A DNA stretch of 64,000 nt, from positions 19,034,001 to 19,098,000 of the forward strand of contig OZ059900.1 in assembly GCA_964057225.1 (NCBI GenBank), in the 5' to 3' direction. Below the pieces are notes generated by a model. It was not told where the DNA came from. It worked only from the letters and a program-made list of their open reading frames with translations, and did not search any database. Within the stretch, counting starts at the first letter, position 1. Every line of letters starts with the position of its first letter. This DNA is from Auanema rhodensis. Its lineage: Eukaryota > Animalia > Nematoda. Below, piece by piece: positions 1 through 12,500 of the stretch. A program made the position numbers and the translations under genes.

Positions 1-3000
1 TTCTAACCCCTGTTTTTTTGTCGTGAAAGTGGAACTAGACGTTGTACGAACAATTTTGAGCTAGGTTTCATTGACATTGCATGAGTTTGAACACATGAAA
101 TCGTAAGTCAAAACCTTGTTTACAGCGAAATTTCCAAAAACTGGTTTTCCAGCATAATAAAATATTTCTCATGGGAAATACTGTGTTTTTGTATTTTTTT
201 AGTGTTCAGCATGTAAAATGCTTCATTTTAGTATGTAACACGCTGAAATTCGTTGCATTTGACGACTCATATGAACAAAAATCGATTTAATCAATATTAG
301 CCATAAGGGGCGTGCCCTCAGAATATGCTAATTTCCTTAATTTTCTAACCCCTGTTTTTTTGTCGTGAAAGTGGAACTAGACGTTGTACAAACAATTTTG
401 AGCTAGGTTTCATTGACATTGCATGAGTTTGAACACATGAAATCGTAAGTCAAAACCTTGTTTACAGCGAAATTTCCAAAAACTGGTTTTCCAGCATAAT
501 AAAATATTTCTCATGGGAAATACTGTGTTTTTGTATTTTTCTAGTGTTCAGCATGTAAAATGCTTCATTTTAGTATGTAACACGCTGAAATTCGTTGCAT
601 TTGACGACTCATATGAACAAAAATCGATTTAATCAATATTAGCCATAAGGGGCGTGCCCTCAGAATATGCTAATTTCCTTAATTTTCTAACCCCTGTTTT
701 TTTGTCGTGAAAGTGGAACTATTCGTTGTACGAACAAATTTGAGCTAGGTTTCATTGACATTGCATGAGTTTGAACACATGAAATCGTAAGTCAAAACCT
801 TGTTTACAGCGAAATTTCCAAAAACTGGTTTTCCAGCATAATAAAATATTTCTCATGGGAAATACTGTGTTTTTGTATTTTTCTAGTGTTCAGCATGTAA
901 AATGCTTCATTTTAGTATGTAACACGCTGAAATTCGTTGCATTTGACGACTCATATGAACCAAAATCGATTTAATCAATATTAGCCATAAGGGGCGTGCC
1001 CTCAGAATATTCTAATTTCCTTAATTTTCTAACCCTTGTTTTTTTGTCGTGAAAGTGGAACTAGACGTTGTACGAACAATTTTGAGCTAGGTTTCATTGA
1101 CATTGCATGAGTTTGAACACATGAAATCGTAAGTCAAAACCTTGTTTACAGCGAAATTTCCAAAAACTGGTTTTCCAGCATAATAAAATATTTTTCATGA
1201 GAAATACTGTGTTTTTGTATTTTTCTAGTGTTCAGCATGTAAAATGGTTCATTTTAGTATGTAACACGCTAAAATTCGTTGCATTTGACGACTCATATGA
1301 ACAAAAATCGATTTAATCAATATTAGCCATAAGGGGCGTGCCCTCAGAATATGCTAATTTCCTTAATTTTCTAACCCCTGTTTTTTTGTCGTGAAAGTGG
1401 AACTAGACGTTGTACGAACAATTTTGAGCTAGGTTTCATTGACATTGCATGAGTTTGAACACATGAAATCGTAAGTCAAAACCTTGTTTACAGCGAAATT
1501 TCCAAAAACTGGTTTTCCAGCATAATAAAATATTTCTCATGGGAAATACTGTGTTTTTGTATTTTTCTAGTGTTCAGCATGTAAAATGCTTCATTTTAGT
1601 ATGTAACACGCTGAAATTCGTTGCATTTGACGACTCATATGAACAAAAATCGATTTAATCAATATTAGCCATAAGGGGCGTGCCCTCAGAATATGCTAAT
1701 TTCCTTAATTTTCTAACCCTTGTTTTTTTGTCGTGAAAGTGGAACTAGACGTTGTACGAACAATTTTGAGCTAGGTTTCATTGACATTGCATGAGTTTGA
1801 ACACATGAAATCGTAAGTCAAAACCTTGTTTACAGCGAAATTTCCAAAAACTGGTTTTCCAGCATAATAAAATATTTCTCATGGGAAATACTGTGTTTTT
1901 GTATTTTTCTAGTGTTCAGCATGTAAAATGCTTCATTTTAGTATGTAACACGCTGAAATTCGTTGCATTTGACGACTCATATGAACAAAAATCGATTTAA
2001 TCAATATTAGCCATAAGGGGCGTGCCCTCAGAATATGCTAATTTCCTTAATTTTCTAACCCCTGTTTTTTTGTCGTGAAAGTGGAACTAGACGTTGTACG
2101 AACAAATTTGAGCTAGGTTTCATTGACATTGCATGAGTTTGAACACATGAAATCGTAAGTCAAAACCTTGTTTACAGCGAAATTTCCAAAAACTGGTTTT
2201 CCAGCATAATAAAATATTTCTCATGGGAAATACTGTGTTTTTGTATTTTTCTAGTGTTTAGCATGTAAAATGCTTCATTTTAGTATGTAACACGCTGAAA
2301 TTCGTTGCTTTTGACGACTCATATGAACAAAAATCGATTTAATCAATATTAGCCATAAGGGGCGTGCCCTCAGAATATGCTAATTTCCTTAATTTTCTAA
2401 CCCCTGTTTTTTTGTCGTGAAAGTGGAACTAGACGTTGTACGAACAATTTTGAGCTAGGTTTCATTGACATTGCATGAGTTTGAACACATGAAATCGTAA
2501 GTCAAAACCTTGTTTACAGCGAAATTTCCAAAAACTGGTTTTCCAGCATAATAAAATATTTCTCATGGGAAATACTGTGTTTTTGTATTTTTTTAGTGTT
2601 CAGCATGTAAAATGCTTCATTTTAGTATGTAACACGCTGAAATTCGTTGCATTTGACGACTCATATGAACAAAAATCGATTTAATCAATATTAGCCATAA
2701 GGGGCGTGCCCTCAGAATATGCTAATTTCCTTAATTTTCTAACCCCTGTTTTTTTGTCGTGAAAGTGGAACTAGACGTTGTACAAACAATTTTGAGCTAG
2801 GTTTCATTGACATTGCATGAGTTTGAACACATGAAATCGTAAGTCAAAACCTTGTTTACAGCGAAATTTCCAAAAACTGGTTTTCCAGCATAATAAAATA
2901 TTTCTCATGGGAAATACTGTGTTTTTGTATTTTTCTAGTGTTCAGCATGTAAAATGCTTCATTTTAGTATGTAACACGCTGAAATTCGTTGCATTTGACG

Positions 3001-4788
3001 ACTCATATGAACAAAAATCGATTTAATCAATATTAGCCATAAGGGGCGTGCCCTCAGAATATGCTAATTTCCTTAATTTTCTAACCCCTGTTTTTTTGTC
3101 GTGAAAGTGGAACTATTCGTTGTACGAACAAATTTGAGCTAGGTTTCATTGACATTGCATGAGTTTGAACACATGAAATCGTAAGTCAAAACCTTGTTTA
3201 CAGCGAAATTTCCAAAAACTGGTTTTCCAGCATAATAAAATATTTCTCATGGGAAATACTGTGTTTTTGTATTTTTCTAGTGTTCAGCATGTAAAATGCT
3301 TCATTTTAGTATGTAACACGCTGAAATTCGTTGCATTTGACGACTCATATGAACCAAAATCGATTTAATCAATATTAGCCATAAGGGGCGTGCCCTCAGA
3401 ATATTCTAATTTCCTTAATTTTCTAACCCTTGTTTTTTTGTCGTGAAAGTGGAACTAGACGTTGTACGAACAATTTTGAGCTAGGTTTCATTGACATTGC
3501 ATGAGTTTGAACACATGAAATCGTAAGTCAAAACCTTGTTTACAGCGAAATTTCCAAAAACTGGTTTTCCAGCATAATAAAATATTTTTCATGAGAAATA
3601 CTGTGTTTTTGTATTTTTCTAGTGTTCAGCATGTAAAATGGTTCATTTTAGTATGTAACACGCTAAAATTCGTTGCATTTGACGACTCATATGAACAAAA
3701 ATCGATTTAATCAATATTAGCCATAAGGGGCGTGCCCTCAGAATATGCTAATTTCCTTAATTTTCTAACCCCTGTTTTTTTGTCGTGAAAGTGGAACTAG
3801 ACGTTGTACGAACAATTTTGAGCTAGGTTTCATTGACATTGCATGAGTTTGAACACATGAAATCGTAAGTCAAAACCTTGTTTACAGCGAAATTTCCAAA
3901 AACTGGTTTTCCAGCATAATAAAATATTTCTCATGGGAAATACTGTGTTTTTGTATTTTTCTAGTGTTCAGCATGTAAAATGCTTCATTTTAGTATGTAA
4001 CACGCTGAAATTCGTTGCATTTGACGACTCATATGAACAAAAATCGATTTAATCAATATTAGCCATAAGGGGCGTGCCCTCAGAATATGCTAATTTCCTT
4101 AATTTTCTAACCCTTGTTTTTTTGTCGTGAAAGTGGAACTAGACGTTGTACGAACAATTTTGAGCTAGGTTTCATTGACATTGCATGAGTTTGAACACAT
4201 GAAATCGTAAGTCAAAACCTTGTTTACAGCGAAATTTCCAAAAACTGGTTTTCCAGCATAATAAAATATTTCTCATGGGAAATACTGTGTTTTTGTATTT
4301 TTCTAGTGTTCAGCATGTAAAATGCTTCATTTTAGTATGTAACACGCTGAAATTCGTTGCATTTGACGACTCATATGAACAAAAATCGATTTAATCAATA
4401 TTAGCCATAAGGGGCGTGCCCTCAGAATATGCTAATTTCCTTAATTTTCTAACCCCTGTTTTTTTGTCGTGAAAGTGGAACTAGACGTTGTACGAACAAA
4501 TTTGAGCTAGGTTTCATTGACATTGCATGAGTTTGAACACATGAAATCGTAAGTCAAAACCTTGTTTACAGCGAAATTTCCAAAAACTGGTTTTCCAGCA
4601 TAATAAAATATTTCTCATGGGAAATACTGTGTTTTTGTATTTTTCTAGTGTTTAGCATGTAAAATGCTTCATTTTAGTATGTAACACGCTGAAATTCGTT
4701 GCTTTTGACGACTCATATGAACAAAAATCGATTTAATCAATATTAGCCATAAGGGGCGTGCCCTCAGAATATGCTAATTTCCTTAATT
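1..4788 (+). repeat. 7-mer higher-order duplication of SatA (2394 bp x2)
   Basis: The ordered variant set of monomers 1-7 recurs in monomers 8-14 at +2394: TTTTAGTG; TACAAAC; CTATTCG/CAAATT/ACCAAA/ATTCTA; CCCTTG/TTTTCATGAG/TGGTTC/CTAAAA; consensus; CCCTTG; CAAATT/GTTTAG/TGCTTT. Confidence 0.95.
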
Positions 4789-7700
4789 TTCTAACCCCTG
4801 TTTTTTTGTCGTGAAAGTGGAACTAGACGTTGTACGAACAATTTTGAGCTAGGTTTCATTGACATTGCATGAGTTTGAACACATGAAATCGTAAGTCAAA
4901 ACCTTGTTTACAGCGAAATTTCCAAAAACTGGTTTTCCAGCATAATAAAATATTTCTCATGGGAAATACTGTGTTTTTGTTTTTTTCTAGTGTTCAGCAT
5001 GTGAAATGCTTCATTTTAGTATGTAACACGCTGAAATTCGTTGCATTTGACGACTCATATGAACAAAAATCGATTTAATCAATATTAGCCATAAGGGGCG
5101 TGCCCTCAGAATATGCTAATTTCCTTAATTTTCTAACCCCTGTTTTTTTGTCGTGAAAGTGGAACTAGACGTTGTACGAACAATTTTGAGCTAGGTTTCA
5201 TTGACATTGCATGAGTTTGAACACATGAAATCGTAAGTCAAAACCTTGTTTACAGCGAAATTTCCAAAAACTGGTTTTCCAGCATAATAAAATATTTCTC
5301 ATGGGAAATACTGTGTTTTTGTATTTTTCTAGTGTTCAGCATGTAAAATGCTTCATTTTAGTATGTAACACGCTGAAATTCGTTGCATTTGACGACTCAT
5401 ATGAACCAAAATCGATTTAATCAATATTAGCCATAAGGGGCGTGCCCTCAGAATATGCTAATTTCCTTAATTTTCTAACCCTTGTTTTTTTGTCGTGAAA
5501 GTGGAACTAGACGTTGTACGAACAATTTTGAGCTAGGTTTCATTGACATTGCATGAGTTTGAACACATGAAATCGTAAGTCAAAACCTTGTTTACAGCGA
5601 AATTTCCAAAAACTGGGTTTCCAGCATAATAAAATATTTCTCATGGGAAATACTGTGTTTTTGTATTTTTCTAGTGTTCAGCATGTAAAATGCTTCATTT
5701 TAGTATGTAACACGCTGAAATTCGTTGCATTTGACGACTCATATGAACAAAAATCGATTTAATCAATATTAGCCATAAGGGGCGTGCCCTCAGAATATGC
5801 TAATTTCCTTAATTTTCTAACCCCTGTTTTTTTGTCGTGAAAGTGGAACTAGACGTTGTACAAACAATTTTGAGCTAGGTTTCATTGACATTGCATGAGT
5901 TTGAACACATGAAATCGTAAGTCAAAACCTTGTTTACAGCGAAATTTCCAAAAACTGGTTTTCCAGCATAATAAAATATTTCTCATGGGAAATACTGTGT
6001 TTTTGTATTTTTCTAGTGTTCAGCATGTAAAATGCTTCATTTTAGTATGTAACACGCTGAAATTCGTTGCATTTGACGACTCATATGAACAAAAATCGAT
6101 TTAATCAATATTAGCCATAAGGGGCGTGCCCTCAGAATATGCTAATTTCCTTAATTTTCTAACCCCTGTTTTTTTGTCGTGAAAGTGGAACTAGACGTTG
6201 TACAAACAATTTTGAGCTAGGTTTCATTGACATTGCATGAGTTTGAACACATGAAATCGTAAGTCAAAACCTTGTTTACAGCGAAATTTCCAAAAACTGG
6301 TTTTCCAGCATAATAAAATATTTCTCATGGGAAATACTGTGTTTTTGTATTTTTCTAGTGTTCAGCATGTAAAATGTTTCATTTTAGTATGTAACACGCT
6401 GAAATTCGTTGCATTTGACGACTCATATGAACAAAAATCGATTTAATCAATATTAGCCATAAGGGGCGTGCCCTCAGAATATGCTAATTTCCTTAATTTT
6501 CTAACCCCTGTTTTTTTGTCGTGAAAGTGGAACTAGACGTTGTACGAACAATTTTGAGCTAGGTTTCATTGACATTGCATGAGTTTGAACACATGAAATC
6601 GTAAGTCAAAACCTTGTTTACAGCGAAATTTCCAAAAACTGGTTTTCCAGCATAATAAAATATTTCTCATGGGAAATACTGTGTTTTTGTATTTTTCTAG
6701 TGTTCAGCATGTAAAATGCTTCATTTTAGTATGTAACACGCTGAAATTCGTTGCATTTGACGACTCATATGAACAAAAATCGATTTAATCAATATTAGCC
6801 ATAAGGGGCGTGCCCTCAGAATATGCTAATTTCCTTAATTTTCTAACCCCTGTTTTTTTGTCGTGAAAGTGGAACTAGACGTTGTACGATCAATTTTGAG
6901 CTAGGTTTCATTGACATTGCATGAGTTTGAACACATGAAATCGTAAGTCAAAACCTTGTTTACAGCGAAATTTCCAAAAACTGGTTTTCCAGCATAATAA
7001 AATATTTCTCATGGGAAATACTGTGTTTTTGTATTTTTCTAGTGTTCAGCATGTAAAATGCTTCATTTTAGTATGTAACACGCTGAAATTCGTTGCATTT
7101 GACGACTCATATGAACAAAAATCGATTTAATCAATATTAGCCATAAGGGGCGTGCCCTCAGAATATGCTAATTTCCTTAATTTTCTAACCCCTGTTTTTT
7201 TTGTCGTGAAAGTGGAACTAGACGTTGTACAAACAATTTTGAGCTAGGTTTCATTGACATTGCATGAGTTTGAACACATGAAATCGTAAGTCAAAACCTT
7301 GTTTACAGCGAAATTTCCAAAAACTGGTTTTCCAGCATAATAAAATATTTCTCATGGGAAATACTGTGTTTTTGTATTTTTCTAGTGTTCAGCATGTAAA
7401 ATGCTTCATTTTAGTATGTAACACGCTGAAATTCGTTGCATTTGACGACTCATATGAACAAAAATCGATTTAATCAATATTAGCCATAAGGGGCGTGCCC
7501 TCAGAATATGCTAATTTCCTTAATTTTCTAACCCCTGTTTTTTTGTCGTGAAAGTGGAACTAGACGTTGTACGAACAATTTTGAGCTAAGTTTCATTGAC
7601 ATTGCATGAGTTTGAACACATGAAATCGTAAGTCAAAACCTTGTTTACAGCGAAATTTCCAAAAACTGGTTTTCCAGCATAATAAAATATTTCTCATGGG

Positions 7701-10608
7701 AAATACTGTGTTTTTGTTTTTTTCTAGTGTTCAGCATGTAAAATGCTTCATTTTAGTATGTAACACGCAGAAATTCGTTGCATTTGACGACTCATATGAA
7801 CAAAAATCGATTTAATCAATATTAGCCATAAGGGGCGTGCCCTCAGAATATGCTAATTTCCTTAATTTTCTAACCCCTGTTTTTTTTGTCGAGAAAGTGG
7901 AACTAGACGTTGTACAAACAATTTTGAGCTAGGTTTCATTGACATTGCATGAGTTTGAACACATGAAATCGTAAGTCAAAACCTTGTTTACAGCGAAATT
8001 TCCAAAAACTGGTTTTCCAGCATAATAAAATATTTCTCATGGGAAATACTGTGTTTTTGTATTTTTCTAGTGTTCAGCATGTAAAATGCTTCATTTTAGT
8101 ATGTAACACGCTGAAATTCGTTGCATTTGACGACTCATATGAACAAAAATCGATTTAATCAATATTAGCCATAAGGGGCGTGCCCTCAGAATATGCTAAT
8201 TTCCTTAATTTTCTAACCCCTGTTTTTTTTGTCGTGAAAGTGGAACTAGACGTTGTACAAACAATTTTGAGCTAGGTTTCATTGACATTGCATGAGTTTG
8301 AACACATGAAATCGTAAGTCAAAACCTTGTTTACAGCGAAATTTCCAAAAACTGGTTTTCCAGCATAATAAAATATTTCTCATGGGAAATACTGTGTTTT
8401 TGTTTTTTTCTAGTGTTCAGCATGTAAAATGCTTCATTTTAGTATGTAACACGCTGAAATTCGTTGCATTTGACGACTCATATGAACAAAAATCGATTTA
8501 ATCAATATTAGCCATAAGGGGCGTGCCCTCAGAATATGCTAATTTCCTTAATTTTCTAACCCCTGTTTTTTTTGTCGTGAAAGTGGAACTAGACGTTGTA
8601 CAAACAATTTTGAGCTAGGTTTCATTGACATTGCATGAGTTTGAACACATGAAATCGTAAGTCAAAACCTTGTTTACAGCGAAATTTCCAAAAACTGGTT
8701 TTCCAGCATAATAAAATATTTCTCATGGGAAATACTGTGTTTTTGTATTTTTCTAGTGTTCAGCATGTAAAATGCTTCATTTTAGTATGTAACACGCTGA
8801 AATTCGTTGCATTTGACGACTCATATGAACAAAAATCGATTTAATCAATATTAGCCATAAGGGGCGTGCCCTCAGAATATGCTAATTTCCTTAATTTTCT
8901 AACCCCTGTTTTTTTGTCGTGAAAGTGGAACTAGACGTTGTACGAACAATTTTGAGCTAGGTTTCATTGACATTGCATGAGTTTGAACACATGAAATCGT
9001 AAGTCAAAACCTTGTTTACAGCGAAATTTCCAAAAACTGGTTTTCCAGCATAATAAAATATTTCTCATGGGAAATACTGTGTTTTTGTATTTTTCTAGTG
9101 TTCAGCATGTAAAATGCTTCATTTTAGTATGTAACACGCTGAAATTCGTTGCATTTGACGACTCATATGAACAAAAATCGATTTAATCAATATTAGCCAT
9201 AAGGGGCGTGCCCTCAGAATATGCTAATTTCCTTAATTTTCTAACCCCTGTTTTTTTGTCGTGAAAGTGGAACTAGACGTTGTACGAACAATTTTGAGCT
9301 AAGTTTCATTGACATTGCATGAGTTTGAACACATGAAATCGTAAGTCAAAACCTTGTTTACAGCGAAATTTCCAAAAACTGGTTTTCCAGCATAATAAAA
9401 TATTTCTCATGGGAAATACTGTGTTTTTGTATTTTTCTAGTGTTCAGCATGTAAAATGCTTCATTTTAGTATGTAACACGCTGAAATTCGTTGCATTTGA
9501 CGACTCATATGAACAAAAATCGATTTAATCAATATTAGCCATAAGGGGCGTGCCCTCAGAATATGCTAATTTCCTTAATTTTCTAACCCCTGTTTTTTTT
9601 TGTCGTGAAAGTGGAACTAGACGTTGTACAAACAATTTTGAGCTAGGTTTCATTGACATTGCATGAGTTTGAACACATGAAATCGTAAGTCAAAACCTTG
9701 TTTACAGCGAAATTTCCAAAAACTGGTTTTCCAGCATAATAAAATATTTCTCATGGGAAATACTGTGTTTTTGTTTTTTTCTAGTGTTCAGCATGTAAAA
9801 TGCTTCATTTTAGTATGTAACACGCAGAAATTCGTTGCATTTGACGACTCATATGAACAAAAATCGATTTAATCAATATTAGCCATAAGGGGCGTGCCCT
9901 CAGAATATGCTAATTTCCTTAATTTTCTAACCCCTGTTTTTTTGTCGTGAAAGTGGAACTAGACGTTGTACGAACAATTTTGAGCTAGGTTTCATTGACA
10001 TTGCATGAGTTTGAACACATGAAATCGTAAGTCAAAACCTTGTTTACAGCGAAATTTCCAAAAACTGGTTTTCCAGCATAATAAAATATTTCTCATGGGA
10101 AATACTGTGTTTTTGTATTTTTCTAGTGTTCAGCATGTAAAATGCTTCATTTTAGTATGTAACACGCTGAAATTCGTTGCATTTGAGGACTCATATGAAC
10201 AAAAATCGATTTAATCAATATTAGCCATAAGGGGCGTGCCCTCAGAATATGCTAATTTCCTTAATTTTCTAACCCCTGTTTTTTTGTCGTGAAAGTGGAA
10301 CTAGACGTTGTACGAACAATTTTGAGCTAGGTTTCATTGACATTGCATGAGTTTGAACACATGAAATCGTAAGTCAAAACCTTGTTTACAGCGAAATTTC
10401 CAAAAACTGGTTTTCCAGCATAATAAAATATTTCTCATGGGAAATACTGTGTTTTTGTATTTTTCTAGTGTTCAGCATGTAAAATGCTTCATTTTAGTAT
10501 GTAACACGCTGAAATTCGTTGCATTTGACGACTCATATGAACAAAAATCGATTTAATCAATATTAGCCATAAGGGGCGTGCCCTCAGAATATGCTAATTT
10601 CCTTAATT

Positions 10609-12500
10609 TTCTAACCCCTGTTTTTTTGTCGTGAAAGTGGAACTAGACGTTGTACGAACAATTTTGAGCTAGGTTTCATTGACATTGCATGAGTTTGAAC
10701 ACATGAAATCGTAAGTCAAAACCTTGTTTACAGCGAAATTTCCAAAAACTGGTTTTCCAGCATAATAAAATATTTCTCATGGGAAATACTGTGTTTTTGT
10801 ATTTTTCTAGTGTTCAGCATGTAAAATGCTTCATTTTAGTATGTAACACACTGAAATTCGTTGCATTTGACGACTCATATGAACAAAAATCGATTTAATC
10901 AATATTAGCCATAAGGGGCGTGCCCTCAGAATATGCTAATTTCCTTAATTTTCTAACTCCTGTTTTTTTGTCGTGAAAGTGGAACTAGACGTTGTACGAA
11001 CAATTTTGAGCTAAGTTTCATTGACATTGCATGAGTTTGAACACATGAAATCGTAAGTCAAAACCTTGTTTACAGCGAAATTTCCAAAAACTGGTTTTCC
11101 AGCATAATAAAATATTTCTCATGGGAAATACTGTGTTTTTGTTTTTTTCTAGTGTTCAGCATGTAAAATGCTTCATTTTAGTATGTAACACGCTGAAATT
11201 CGTTGCATTTGACGACTCATATGAACAAAAATCGATTTAATCAATATTAGCCATAAGGGGCGTGCCCTCAGAATATGCTAATTTCCTTAATTTTCTAACC
11301 CCTGTTTTTTGTCGTGAAAGTGGAACTAGACGTTGTACGAACAATTTTGAGCTAGGTTTCATTGACATTGCATGAGTTTGAACACATGAAATCGTAAGTC
11401 AAAACCTTGTTTACAGCGAAATTTCCAAAAACTGGTTTTCCAGCATAATAAAATATTTCTCATGGGAAATACTGTGTTTTTGTATTTTTCTAGTGTTCAG
11501 CATGTAAAATGCTTCATTTTAGTATGTAACACGCTGAAATTCGTTGCATTTGACGACTCATATGAACAAAAATCGATTTAATCAATATTAGCCATAAGGG
11601 GCGTGCCCTCAGAATATGCTAATTTCCTTAATTTTCTAACCCCTGTTTTTTTGTCGTGAAAGTGGAACTAGACGTTGTACGAACAATTTTGAGCTAGGTT
11701 TCATTGACATTGCATGAGTTTGAACACATGAAATCGTAAGTCAAAACCTTGTTTACAGCGAAATTTCCAAAAACTGGTTTTCCAGCATAATAAAATATTT
11801 CTCATGGGAAATACTGTGTTTTTGTATTTTTCTAGTGTTCAGCATGTAAAATGCTTCATTTTAGTATGTAACACACTGAAATTCGTTGCATTTGACGACT
11901 CATATGAACAAAAATCGATTTAATCAATATTAGCCATAAGGGGCGTGCCCTCAGAATATGCTAATTTCCTTAATTTTCTAACTCCTGTTTTTTTGTCGTG
12001 AAAGTGGAACTAGACGTTGTACGAACAATTTTGAGCTAAGTTTCATTGACATTGCATGAGTTTGAACACATGAAATCGTAAGTCAAAACCTTGTTTACAG
12101 CGAAATTTCCAAAAACTGGTTTTCCAGCATAATAAAATATTTCTCATGGGAAATACTGTGTTTTTGTTTTTTTCTAGTGTTCAGCATGTAAAATGCTTCA
12201 TTTTAGTATGTAACACGCTGAAATTCGTTGCATTTGACGACTCATATGAACAAAAATCGATTTAATCAATATTAGCCATAAGGGGCGTGCCCTCAGAATA
12301 TGCTAATTTCCTTAATTTTCTAACCCCTGTTTTTTGTCGTGAAAGTGGAACTAGACGTTGTACGAACAATTTTGAGCTAGGTTTCATTGACATTGCATGA
12401 GTTTGAACACATGAAATCGTAAGTCAAAACCTTGTTTACAGCGAAATTTCCAAAAACTGGTTTTCCAGCATAATAAAATATTTCTCATGGGAAATACTGT
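10609..12500 (+). repeat. 3-mer higher-order duplication of SatA (period 1025)
   Basis: ACACACTG at 10846 and 11871, followed each time by AACTCC, CTAAG, the TGTTTTTTTC variant and a T6 tract. Boundaries are approximate. Confidence 0.85.

Noticed and set aside
3-10. Telomere-like CTAACCC
   Set aside because: A single unit per monomer, not tandem, and expected by chance.
248-264. CENP-B box-like ATTCGTTGCATTTGACG
   Set aside because: It matches TTCG and the central A but lacks CGGG (6 of 9 essential positions), so it is not a functional box.
1-342. Assignment to a named family (primate alpha-satellite dimer, or a ~340-bp beetle satellite) based on length
   Set aside because: Length alone is not diagnostic, and I do not recognise the sequence as alpha satellite or any named family. 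A BLAST, Dfam or Repbase search is needed.
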